Source: Haplodiscus bocki (Eukaryota). Taken from it: DNA of 64,000 nt. Below, piece by piece: positions 23,984 to 36,043 of this stretch; position 1 is the first letter of the stretch, and each line of letters starts with the position of its first letter. Below the pieces are notes generated by a model that saw nothing but the letters and a program-made list of their open reading frames with translations, was not told the DNA's origin and searched no databases. The position numbers and the translations under genes are program-made. The stretch lies in the NCBI GenBank assembly GCA_965655095.1, contig OZ296650.1:51894001-51958000 (forward strand), in the 5' to 3' direction.

Positions 23984-26900
23984 TTAGTTGTCTGGGATGA
24001 GATTGAGGAACTGGGCCGCTTCTATCGGGTTCTCCCACAAGCTGGTCGCCTCCAGAGTGGTCGGCTTTTGTGGGCAACTGAAGAGGTGAGCTGTGTCGTG
24101 AGGTTGGTATTCGCAGAGGGGGCACTCATTCTTGACACTCGGGTCCAGTCGGCTCATGTACGAGGTCAAAAGAGGACTGTAGCCGCTTCGGAGCTGCGCC
24201 AGGGTTGTTCTGGTGCTTCGTGGTAGTCTCCGCTTGTCAGGGCTGATTGCTGGAGGTATCCTCTGCAAAACCTTGTTAGGTTCGTATCCGTTGATGGTGT
24301 TGCTCACTGCGGTTGTATGAATCGACTTGATGCCACTTTTGTACCATCCTTCGGTGTTCGTCAGTAGTGGCTCTATTGAGCCTTGGTGGCAGCTGATTAG
24401 GGTCGGCTTCCTGAGTCTTTGAGGTGGGTCCGTGTGGTTCCATTGTCGGTTAGGGTGGTTCGTCTGGTGAGTTTGGAGAAGGAACTGTCTGGAGAGCATC
24501 ATATTGTGTTCTTTCACTGGTAGGAGTTTCGTCTCGCGGTGAAGCTCATCGATGTGTGTCATCTTGGTGCATCCAGTGATGACGTGTAAAGATGAGTTCT
24601 CAGCCGCCTGCAGCTTGCTCCAGTGAGTGTCACGAAGTGCTGGTGTCCAGATTGGGGCGGCATAGTTGACAACAGGCCGTGAGATGGCCTTGTAGGTCGT
24701 TGTGAGGAGTTCCTTGTCTTTTCCCCAGCTCGAACCAGCAAGAGCCTTCAGCACGGAGTTCTGCTTCCTGATTTTGTTGAAAGTGTTGTTGGAGTGGGCG
24801 TTGAATGTGTCAAGGTTGTCCAGGGTGACTCCCAGTATCTTCGGGTTCTTCGTGGTCGGTACTGTATGCTGTCCCTTTTTAATCGGCAGTGACATGCTCA
24901 CTTCCTGACTGAAGGTGGTGAAGACTGTTGCCGTGGACTTGCCAGGAGAGAGTTCCTGATCATGCTCCTCAAGCCACTCATGCAGGGTATTCAGGTAGCT
25001 GTTCAACTTCTCACAAATCGGGGGAATAGTAGGCCCTGACTCGTATGACGTGCAGTCGTCCGCTTACGATGTGAGTTTGATGCCGTCAGGTGGTGTTGGC
25101 AGTCCAGACATGTAGGCGTTGAACAGGATGGGTGACAGCACACCTCCTTGGGGTACAACTGCTCTCACTTTGCGAAAAATGGACTTGGCGTTTCTAAACT
25201 CCACATACGCCTGGCGTCCTCGTAGGTAGGAGCAGAGCCAGCGCTTGGTGTACTTTGGTATCTTTGAGGCAAGTATGATGTTCAATAGTTTGTTGATATT
25301 CACCGTATCAAAAGCGGCTCGGAGGTCCAAGGCAACGAGAACTGTTCTGTCAACCGGTTTGCGCTTATTGAGGCCTCTTGTTATGTGGCAGTCGATCTCG
25401 TAGAGAGCTGTCGTATTGGACCGTCCCTTCCGGAATCCATACTGATGGTCAGCCATCGGTAGGTGTTCAGTCAGCGTAGGAAGGAGGAGCGTCTCTAGCG
25501 CCTTTACTAGCGGGGAGAGGAGCGAGACGGGGTGGTAGCTCTTGCCAGTGTCATCCGGTTTTCCTAGTTTAAGCAACGGGATGATACGTGCCGTTTTCCA
25601 GATACTTGGTATCACTCCCGTGTTGAGACTCGTCTGGAACAGCCCCGCCATGTAACTGTGGGCTTTCGGTCCCAGGTGTTTCAGCATCAGCGGTGATCGT
25701 TCATCCGGACCGAGGGTCTTGGAAGGTTTTGTGCTTTGAAGTACTCTCTCGACCTCCATTGTGGTAATCACAGCGCGTTCCGTGGAGCTGGTCTTCAAGT
25801 TCCGGAGCGTCTGACGAGTTTCTTGCACGACTTTCTTCCTGATCGGTGGGGTGTATTGCTGATTGAATTTGTTCGCGATCTCCTTCGGGTCATACACTGG
25901 TTTCTCGAAGGTTATGGCCTGTGATCCGGTCTTCTTCATATTGCCACAGAGCGTCTTGATCGTGTTCCAGAGACGCTTGACTCCGCTTCTTAGGTCGCAT
26001 TTTTCCAGATGCTCTGTCCATTTTTGGCGGCGGTGTTCCTCGACTAGATCACGAATCTTCTTGTTCATCTCGTTTATTTGTGGTCCGGCCGGATTTTGAG
26101 CCCGAAGTTCATTTCTTTCGTCCGCAAGCTTAGCTACTGCGGTGGGGAATCCAGGTTGGACGGTGGGGATTCTACCATTTGGAATGAATTTTCGAGCGGC
26201 TTTCTGCATCTTGTTCCTGAAGGCACGTTCACTCTGAAGAAGGTCTCCTTGTGGCAGGTTGTGGATACTGTCCTCCATGAAACTCTTGAACCCATCCCAG
26301 TCGGCCTTTGCGAAATTCACGTACTTCCTGCGCTCTGAGTTGACGGTAGGTTCTTGTATTTGGAGCTCCACGATGATAGGCTTGTGGTCGGAATTGAGTG
26401 CTGTTTCCGTGCTCCAATTGGCGGTCGTTGCGAGGTTGGCACTGGCTATCTTGATGTCTGGTGAGCTTAGTGTTCCGTTCGAGGCAGCTCTCGTAGGTTC
26501 ATCTCCGTTGAGGACAACACATGTCTTGCTGTCCAGTGTGTCCGCCAGTAGCTGGCCTCTGGTGTCTTCGGCAAGGGCGGAACGTCAGGTGCTGTGGTGA
26601 GCATTGAAGTCTCCCATTATAATAGCGTGTCGACTGTCAAAAAGCTCATCCAGCTGTGGTCGGAATCCGCTCGAGCAGCTGCTAACGGGGAATGTAGACG
26701 TTGTACAGGTGCACTTCCTCGTCCCCTTTGATCGCTATTCCTTGTGCTTCTGTGTGTTCGTCTGAGACCGTGCAGTCCAGGTTGTGATACTGGAGTGAAT
26801 GGTGAACAAGGAATGCAACTCCTCCACCTTTATCCATGCGATCCTTTCTGATTAGCGTGAAGTTCGGGTCACATTTCAAGTTGGACTTGGCCGTCAGGAA

Positions 26901-27413
26901 GGTTTCCTGGAGAGCTGCGACGCGGCAGTTCTTTGTCTTCATGTAGTGAGTGATCTCGTCCAGTTTTCCTCGTATCCCGTTGCAGTTAAACTGGAGGATC
27001 CTCATCGCACTGTCGGTCGGCGCGGATGCTTGCGCGGAGCAGTCCTTGCAGGTCCAGGTGTGGGGAAGATTGTTCGGGTCCAGTTGGGCGCAGGCAAAGT
27101 GAGTCCATGTGAGACAATCGATGCACTGGATGCAGGTGTGGGGGGCGTCCTGGGTGCAAACTCCACATGGCCACTGCGGCAACTTCCTCGGTACCGGGTT
27201 CGCTTCGATACCGGCCATCAGCAGCAACATGATGATCAGTAGCTGCTTGAGGGTCCCAGCTGGGGGTGGGGGTGGGATGAGTCGGGGAGCGCCCGCTGGG
27301 TCAGCACGCCCCGCTCTCGAAAACCCGGATTCCTCTCTTCGGAATATGTGGTTGCCCTTGGCCCCAACCACTGGGGGTGGTTCTGCGACGTAGACGCGGC
27401 AACCATGAGAACC
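23984..27413 (-). pseudogene. Ingi/Vingi-like polyprotein (PHD-EN-RT-CCHC) with a few inactivating lesions
   Basis: ORFs 26682-27371, 25064-26371 and 23984-25006. Frameshift near 26690 (VYIP), TGA near 26586 (HHST*), and YADD converted to *ADD at 25064. Confidence 0.9.
27349..27413 (-). ncRNA. HDV-like self-cleaving ribozyme fold at the element 5' end
   Basis: P1 GGUUCU/AGAACC, P2 UGGUUGCC/GGCAACCA, P3 GCG/CGC, L3 UCUACGU, P4 CCCCA/UGGGG, J4/2 CCAAG, in nested double-pseudoknot order. Starts exactly at the TSD boundary. Confidence 0.75.
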
Positions 27414-27968
27414 TGGTATTCTAGTGGTTACAGTCAGCGAAAATAGTCTAGATGTGTCGAGTTATCATAAAGTTTTCGTTCTTTCATCTTGCAAATTTAC
27501 TTTTAGCTACGAATCAACCATGATTCAATAAAATAGGATAAATTATGGTATTTTTAATTTTTCATCGAAAAACTGTTTTTTTTTAGTTCCCTAAATCAAA
27601 TCGAAAAACACAAACTTCTCGATTAATCCGGATTTTTTCATTTTTGAATCTAAATCAACTGTGTAACTAGATATTTCTAAAGTTCTCAAATATGATTGCT
27701 TTAAAGTCAACCAAAAATGGGTAATTTTGCGTTTTTTGGGGTGTTTCTGGTCTTTTGTCATCCAAAACAGCTTTGATGCTACAATTTCTTGGGAAGGCGA
27801 TGCTGTCCTATTTTTTATCGATATTCTCCAAATTAGCAAATTTTGGATGGAAAACGGCAACTCTGGTCGATTTTTTTCTCATACATAGTCTTTTAAATGC
27901 TGCGATATTTGAGCCCCGCCAGGGACCTATTTTATAATGTGGAGCTTATGTTGATTATGATGTTTCAG

Positions 27969-28209
27969 AGTGACGCGTCTGTGTCCGATTCCTTACATGT
28001 TATACAACTACTTAGATTGCTACTTTTTCGACAACTCAGTGGCTCTCTGCACGGATAGGGTAGCCTTAGTGCCTTTGCTCCTCATGTACATGGCAATATC
28101 ATTCCTCAACCTCTACTGGTTCTCTCAAATGGTCTCCGGAGCGTTCAGCTTCTTGTTCGACAAGAGCGCTGTCAAGGAAAACCCCCTCAACCAGTACAAG
28201 TCCAACTGA
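27969..28209 (+). CDS. TLC-domain protein, last coding exon
   Basis: TTTCAG acceptor; phase matches exon B (AT+A = Ile, giving SFIVTRL, the F..R motif). Contains LNLYWFSQMV (TLC LN..WF motif) and ends in a TGA stop. Confidence 0.85.
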
Positions 28210-28419
28210 CGCTATGCAAACTCAAGTTACGTCACGGTATCCTCTTCATCAACTTTGATTATCACGTGTCAATTCTCACTCGCGTTTTCTTACCCACCCT
28301 TCCGATAAAATGAAAATTCTAGCCAATTGCTGTTGTCTTGTAAAGCTTCTGTAAATGGTGTAAATTTTTCAATTTAATTGATTTTTTCAACAATTAAAAA
28401 TACGGACACTGGAATATAT

Positions 28420-29200
28420 TTCCAATCACGGTCTGTGAGATAATGAACTGGAATATAAAAACGGAATGCTTCTAATGGTTTCAAATTAAATTACCTTTCG
28501 ATTTTTTGATTCATCATGTATGTCGCCACGGAAGATTTTGATGAAAGCTTCTTTACTGCCGTATTGGCTTTATAGAAGTACTACTGGAGTAACTAAATAT
28601 GAAAAAATGTTGACAATATGAACTTCAGACATTGTAAAAAATCAACTCACCTCTGAATTGATCTGAATTCAATTTTTTGTCGGTGCAGTTTCAAACTCCG
28701 GATAGTGTTTTCTCAATCTGAGCTCTCTAGAGACATTAACGGTGCTTTATTGCTGGAATGCATAACTTGGAGATGAACAAGTTTTATTGCATTCATAAAT
28801 AAAAACGAAAGCTACTCGATGACTTTGTTGCGAAGGAACTTATTTTGTGAGAATTGTTTGAATCTGGTGAAGGTTTTATCGGTTTCCTCGGAATCATAAA
28901 TTATAGTTCCTATATGACTTGAAGCTGTAAACTCTGAAGCCATTTATATGAAAGAGCAGATCAGTACATGAAATTAGCTTGGCTTCTCTCAGTTGTCTGA
29001 TCCTGAGATTCCCTAGCTAGGTAAAGAGATGTTCAAATAGCAGGGCGATGACGATAAATGGACTGTGGCTGTATTGAATTGGACTCTAGCATCAAATTGG
29101 TTTGATTAGTCCACGACCTGGGACCAGCTATTGTGTGAAACTGTTAACTTCTGAATCTCAAATCGCCTTGAAATATGATAGTCTGTAGGTAGTGAATGTT
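28420..29200 (-). mobile_element. possible old LINE fragment
   Basis: Weak degenerate EN/RT-like motifs on the minus strand (GSDN ~28995, IKIFRGD ~28530). Confidence 0.3.
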
Positions 29201-29247
29201 TATGCTGGTACAAAAATACATGAGTGTGATGAAAGAAAGCAACCTTT

Positions 29248-29471
29248 ATTTTGTAATAAAGATTGGAACGATGAATACAGCTAGGTAATACTCGAAAAGC
29301 ACAAGTTATGGTCGAAATGAATGTTTCCTAAAATAAAAATTCAATCATAATAATCCTAGAAGTTTCACATAAACACTATTGTGAAGTAGATGAAACTTTC
29401 ATTTCAACCATAACTTGTGTTTTTCGAAAATTACGCAACTGTATGCATCGTTCCAATCTGTATTGCAAAAT
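29248..29471. mobile_element. MITE-like palindrome with ~80-bp imperfect inverted arms
   Basis: ATTTTGTAATAAAGATTGGAACGATGAATACAG...CACAAGTTATGGTCGAAATGAATGTTTC mirrors GAAACTTTCATTTCAACCATAACTTGTG...CTGTATGCATCGTTCCAATCTGTATTGCAAAAT. Confidence 0.7.
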
Positions 29472-30399
29472 TATGGATCACAATGCTGTAGTCGTGCTTA
29501 TAAGATTGAACAACCGATCTTATGGTGGCCTGAGAAGAGGTGACTTGAATTTTATCGCCAATTTTTGTTCGTTAGTTTTTGGTTATTCCTTTTGTGTTCT
29601 TCCATATATCAAAGTAGTATCAAAGAGGTGAAACTAGCAAAAATGCAAGAAACTGATTAGCGAACTTATAACAATGCTATCATATTCACCTTTAGTCAAA
29701 ATTAGATGTCTCATGAATTTTAGTTTCATTGTTGCTCGGTAGAAATATCAAATGCTTCGAAATGGAAATGGAGAATTAAAGTTTGAATAAGTTTTCACGC
29801 TTTGTTTATCGTATAAGCTCATCATAATCACCCCAACTGCCCTCCTCTTCTTGACAAATACGCTCGCGTGATTCATCTTCATCCTCGTGACTCTTTCGCA
29901 CTATTTTGTCCCTCAACAAATTATCATTTTATGTAATGAATAAATGAATGTTTTCCATAATTTTATCCTTATTTTTCTATTATCGTTTAGTCGAATTGAT
30001 TTTCCGTTGTGAATCTTTATCCTTGACGGTTTGATTTGAATCAGTCAGACAACATACACTGCTCATTTCACGTGCATTCAAATGTTATCTTTCCTCTGTG
30101 ATAACCATTTTTAGTCGGCGCTTATACTTTAGTTAGAATCCGACTCTTGCGGTCACTCTTTTTAAAATCACAATGAATTGTCCATTTTTGTCCTGGCATT
30201 ATTTCAAAGCATGCTAGTACAAAGTATAAAAAGTACGTGCAAGTACGCAAAAAACCGAAAGTTCCCTTCTACGAATTTTTTCAGTACTGTCAGTCTAGGA
30301 AATTTTCGACGGAAAATCGTAATGCCTCCTCTTATGCATCATTTTTTTTTCGATACCAGAACCTTTCAGAAAAACTCCTTTCAAAAAAGGAAAAAAGCC

Positions 30400-31500
30400 A
30401 TTACCGAAACTTTTAGTAACCCTCCGGATGGATTTCCAAAATTTTTCCGCAAGGTAAATTCCGAAAATTCATTTCCAGATATTTTCTTCTTATGCCCTTC
30501 TTGGCGTATTCCCGCAAGTTTTCGAAAAGGAGAATGCCAACATTTTTACACATTCTGACTGAAAGGAAGAATGAGTATTGGAAACCGGCTTATGCATAGT
30601 TTTTTATCTTCTCCAAAACTTACATCTTGTGACGTCATCAGACAGTCTAGTTTTTCGTTTAAACGGTCGAAAAGTATCGTTTTTGAAACATTTTGGTATT
30701 TACTTGTTTATTTTCGCGTTCTGAGAAGTACGAAATTTTTGAGCATTAGTCTGAAAAATGAACAACAGCGTTCTAAAAGGTAACGTTTCACTTAATATTG
30801 TGTTGAGTATGAGTGTGGGAAGTGTAGTAGGTGTCCCCCAAAAACTTGTTAATATTTCGAGTTCTCAAAATTAAAAATTGTTGATATTGGTAAACAAGAG
30901 ACTGGAACTTCTTTCAAGTCGGCCCATACCGCCTGTCAATCATCAAAATTGAAACATGATGTGAATTTAGAATTGTGAAACCTTTGTTCTGATTATGAAA
31001 GTACACGTATTTGACCGAATTTGTGGGAATTTCTTTTTGATGTTTCATTTAAGAGTCACAATGCGTCATGATTGACAACTGAGATGGGAAACTTCTGCAG
31101 CTGTTTTGACTTGTTGTCAACTGATATTAGCTTACTAATGGGTAACATTTTTAGTGACACCTAGTATTGTTGATTTTTGCGTTGTTGACTGTGTCTTTTC
31201 AAAACCTTGGGCTACACAATGGCGATTCTTGAAAGACATGATTGACAGATGAAATTTTTGACTATTAGACACTTTGACAGGTACTGGTCTCAATTGGAAT
31301 TTTTGAAACAAATTTTTGATATGCAGATGGTAGAGTATTTCTAAAAGTCTCAGTCATGTATCTGATATGAGTTCAAATGTCTCTTTAGACCTTTAATCTG
31401 TCAACCTAATCTGTGATTTCAACTAGCAAGTCAAAATGTGATTCGAACTTCCGTCTCGCTTCTGTGTTTCTAATGATATACTGACATTCTTTGGCGAAGT
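30400..31500 (+). repeat. dispersed repeat, diverged direct copy of 60420-62100
   Basis: Shared collinear blocks, e.g. AAGGTAAATTCC.AAAATTCATTTCCAGATATTTT, ATTGGAAACCGGCTTATGCATAGTTTTTT, CAGCGTTCTAAAAGGTA, GTGTGGGAAGTGTA. Confidence 0.85.
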
Positions 31501-31999
31501 GTCTGAAATTTTGTCAAAGGTTTCCCTGTTATTCCTCGACTTTTAGCTACTTTTACCGGCGTGCGTCTTTGGAGGTAATAATAATTCGTAAACCCAGAGA
31601 ACTTATGCCAACTCTAATGGAATTATACTTCTGATGTTTCACTGTTCAAATTATTTAAACTGAGGCCCCACTATCGGTATGCCACCCCTCAATTGTCTTC
31701 CCAATAATGCTCCGCGATTGCTGGTGGATAATTGAGTGTTTCTTAAACTTACAGTTGGTATACTGACTTTCCTGGAAAAAACTGCGCTCTCAATTTTTTC
31801 CGGGAAACAAGTCATTGATTTTCATGATACCCGTGAATTATCCATCGATTATCCGGCAATTGAATTTGAATATCCGCCAATTGTGCCAAATTACCGTTAA
31901 TGCTTTTCGATGATGTAATCCTACCAACTCGATGATACGCCAAGCGCTGCAGTTATATAAATTTGTAGGCTTCCTGGTGTATTACAAGTGAGCAAGCAT

Positions 32000-32850
32000 T
32001 TGTTATATCATATGCTCAATTTTGTTTCTTGCCCGATCCCTTCACAATTCGCATTTGAGCCTACATTCTATTATTACCTAGATTTTGCTCACGCGCTTTC
32101 GCTTCCATGCAAAATTTGTTCATGCGCTCTCGCTCAATTGGAGATACTTGTTCACGTGGCATTTTCTCCGCCGTGCGAGCTTGTTTTATTTTAAAAAGGG
32201 CTGATTAACTGCTTTATTTGTCCGCATTTGTTAGGCTTGTATATAATTTTTTTGAGATTTAACTGAGTTATTTAAGTTGTGTTTACATCTTTAACCACTA
32301 GTTTTGTAGTACCGTAGCCCTTTGAAAATCAGTAATAGTTGGTCGATTTCTTCAATAGTATTCCGTTGGCGCAAGGGCAGCTTAGTGTCTGTGTTCAGTT
32401 AATTACACAATGTTCAACTCTTCATTGATAATAATTATTAGTTTTTAATTTTACTTGCGCAAGGAAGTATTTTACCACAGGCATCTATTTTTTTCCGGAC
32501 CTTTCACAACTCCCATTTGTGCCTACATTTTAATATTGCCTGGATTTTGTTCATGCACTCTCGCTTTTTTGCAAAAATTCGATGATACAAAATTGCAAAA
32601 ATTTGTTCACGTGGCCTATTTTCAGCGAGTGGGCTTTTTTCCAATATGAAAGGAATTTTCTGATATTTGTGCTTGTTACGCTTGTAAATAAGTTTATAGG
32701 AATTAACTGAGTTTCCTAAACTTTGTTAAGCTGTTTAATCAGTAGTTTTGTTGTACCTTGACCCTTTAAAAATCAGTCATACTTGGTGGATTTGTTCACT
32801 TATTTTCATTGGAGCAAGTGCTGCGAAGCACAGCTGCATCCCTGTGTGAA
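32000..32850 (+). repeat. two diverged tandem units (~450 bp) of a dispersed repeat also present at ~13350-13510 and ~34000-34135
   Basis: Recurring AACTGAGT...CAGTAGTTT...AAAATCAG...TTCCGTTGGCGCAAG...CAGCT motif series. Confidence 0.6.
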
Positions 32851-33788
32851 ACCTAGGGCCAGTCTAAGTATCCGCCCAAAAATGCTGCTAGAAATCTGAA
32901 CGAAGTTCGAGAAACTACACAACTTCCTTGTGATATACGGACTTTTCTTCAAAAGACGTAAATCATTCAAATCATTAAAGGCTCCCCGTAGGACAATTTT
33001 GGCCTAAGAGGAGCTGACTGGTGCCATTTTTGGTTGTCATTAATATGATTTTGTTCACAATAAATGATTTTAAAAAATTGACGAATTGATATAAAGTATT
33101 CTGATGAGCATATATCAAAACAAAACAGTAGTGTTCTTCCACCTTTACTGCATACAGGTAATTCTCAGTTAGGGTAATTTTGCAAGAGGGTATAATACCA
33201 ACGTGTTTTTTTTTCAAATCAAAATGTCAAGGAGTTTCTTACTGGGCGGTATTCGGTTGTACGCGTTTGAAACCTTTTCTTTAACGGAACTGTTGTATTA
33301 ACTAACCTCTGCGCCGTAGAGAACTGATGTTTTTTGGGAATTTAACATGTACTTTTTAAGGACTTTTGATTTCCTTTTGTTCCACCATTTCTGGTATCTG
33401 TGAATAGTTTTCTTGACCAGAAATTTTGGCACAAAATTGTCTTTTCGTGCGTATTGTTTTCTGAAACTTGTCTTTACTCGCCATAAATTTTCAAACTTCT
33501 CTCAAATTTATAGATCGTCTTCGTAAACGTTTCCGAAAATAGTCGGAAATCTAAATTTCAGTTAAATGCAAATTGCTAAAGTTGCTTGATCGGTACCCTG
33601 TCTTTTGCACGTGAATTGATGGGGCGATAAATTAGGTCAACAGCTATTTTATGATCTCATGGCGCTCTGAGTGGAAATTTTCAAAAAAAAAATGTTCTTC
33701 ACCTTTTCTTTTGCTCAAATTTGTTGAAAGGTTGTTTTGAATTGTTTTTTTATGATTAGACTGGCATAAACAAGTGTTTTAGCCGATG

Positions 33789-34575
33789 CTTCTAAATTCT
33801 TTCTTCCCATCCGTTCAATACTCACACAAGTTCCTAGATTTTGACCAAAGAATGGAGGTAGTCTCGTATGTTCGAACTTGGGTTATTCTACTCTGCAGTC
33901 GCGTGCCTACTGACTGCCATTGCGGCTTCAGATTGAGTATTTCTGTTCGGATATCAAAAACATGGAAATCATTTTGTTTCGTACTTGTATATAAATGTTT
34001 AAGATTTAACTGAGTGCCTGGACACTTGTTATCAGTAGTATCGTCGCGCTTTCAAAAATCAAATATGTTTAGTCGATTTATTCTGTAGCACTCCGTTGGC
34101 GCAAGTGTAGCAATGCGCAGCTTCGCGTCTGTGTAAATAACAATGCCAAATGGCTCATTGTAGAATGCTCAGAAAAATGTTAGTTGAGAAATGTAAATTG
34201 CTAATGGGTAGAATGCTTTTTCCTGCGAATTCTTCATCGAAATTTTTCCAGGGAGGTCTCCAATTTTTCCTTAGGAACGCGGGAAGTATTGTTTTTCCTC
34301 AACAAAACTAGTCAATTCTCGAATCTGGCGTTTGTAGGCTGTATACTTCAGTGATTACTTTGTGACACTAAGTAGTGAAATAGTTCCAGTTGCGCGCTTA
34401 TTGGGGGTTGAAGGGCTTGAAAAAGTTTCGAACAACCGAAATTTTGTACAAAATTCATGTTTTTCGGATATCGGCCGAAATTGCGCTCAAGTGGCAAATG
34501 AAGTAACTTTGACTTTACGTTTTGCTATATACACTAATATCAGATTAATCTAGAAGTCCATTGGTACCGTGTTTC
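33789..34575 (+). repeat. left arm of an inverted repeat pairing with 56445-57230
   Basis: The reverse complement matches. The ORF-track peptides 33786-34013(+) and 57006-57266(-) are almost identical. Confidence 0.95.
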
Positions 34576-36043
34576 AGGCTTTTGTTGAGGACGTTTTTGT
34601 CCGCAAAATTTTTCCTGTTTCCATTTTTTTCCTCAGGACCAAGCAGAATTTCCATGGGTTGTTTGACAGCTACTTTTAACAGACACAGTCGTTTCATCGT
34701 GTTTTGCTTGGTCCGTGGCGGGACGTGAAGTTTTTCTCAGAATTTAAAACGATTGTGTGGTAAAGGGAAGTTGTTTTGAACATTCCGGCTTGGGTTGTGT
34801 TGTTTGTTCAACGATCAAGAGGGATTTTCTGTTTTTCTTCCAATTCATTTTCGGAAAGCTTCAGTTGAGGCTACGTAGTTTTTCACGACCTTTTCTGTCG
34901 ACCTTGATCACTACTCAGTGTTGTTTACCGTTCCAGTTTCGTTCATTCACCGCCCGCCTAGTCATTAGCTGTTTATATCTGATGAACTGTTGATTGAGCA
35001 GATTTTTGACTGCCCCTTTCTTTTTGAAGAAAGTTTTGCTGAAAATGGGGAAAATCTGAATAATGGTTACTGACTTTTGTGGATACTGAGACGGCTCCCT
35101 CACCGAATACCTATACGGTTTTGTTTTTGCAACGCTAAATCAAGCGCTAGTTTCATGTAGAAAAAATTTCGCAGTCTTCTCAATATTGCATCCTTCGTTC
35201 TTTTTTCAAATTTTCTTGTTGAGATAAAACGGAAACTGCAGAATTTGATGTCTTGGAATGACATCATAGTGGTAATTTTTTAGATGGTTTTGGTTGTTTT
35301 TTCATCAAAGTCTCTGTTAAACGCTTTTAGATGAATATTTAAGTGTTTCAAATTATTTGTAGAATCGTACTTTCTATTTTTCATGGTGCAAGTTCAGAAG
35401 TTTATGTCTTGAAAATTTCTCAATGGGACCATTCAATGGTTTTTGGTTCCTCCAAAGTTTCCTCCATCAAAATCTCATTGAAAATTTGATGGAAATATAG
35501 AATTTTAACGGAGTTAAATCCAATCATGCGTCCTATTTCGTTTTTCATTTTTTTGTTGTCCAGAAATAACAAAAACAGCAGAACTTGGTATCTTGGAATG
35601 CGTTCAATATGATATAATTCAATGTTTTTTGGTTCAAGTCCTTTCATCAAGGTAAATAAAATGATTATATGTGATTTGTTTCAAATGAACCTGGGAAAAC
35701 AGAGAACATTAAAGTGCTTCAGTGATTCAGTAATCAAGCCTCCTCAGAGGGGCCTATTTTCTGATACTGAATTGTTTTTGGAAAACCCAATTTTTTTCAG
35801 AACCAAGGTTGTGGCCGATCAGTATGTCCAACCTTACGAGTGGTGGTGCACAAGTGGCCGTCCCTGGCTTGCTAAGGCTACTTTGGAATAGGAGGTAGAA
35901 ATGAGCTCTAGCGAAAAGACTAGAGTTTCCAAATTTTTCCCATCATTTTCGAATCATTTCATGTCTTTTCGTTGCGTTTAATCGGCCTGAACGGACCAAT
36001 GATCGTCTTTTCAGGGCAATCGAACTGCCCTTTTTTTGACAGA

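Larger units (their letters stand above)
23955..27413 (-). mobile_element. full-length single-ORF Ingi/Vingi-like non-LTR retrotransposon in an intron, antisense to the host gene
   Basis: 12-bp TSD TGGTATTCTAGT (23943-23954 and 27414-27425) and a (CAA)n tail. Domain order is 2A-like, PHD, APE EN, RT, C-terminal CCHC (CPLC...H...HLFSC). No RNase H. Confidence 0.9.

Noticed and set aside
33786-34013. Identical 75-aa peptide encoded twice (also 57006-57266)
   Set aside because: A by-product of the inverted DNA duplication, with no protein-like features.
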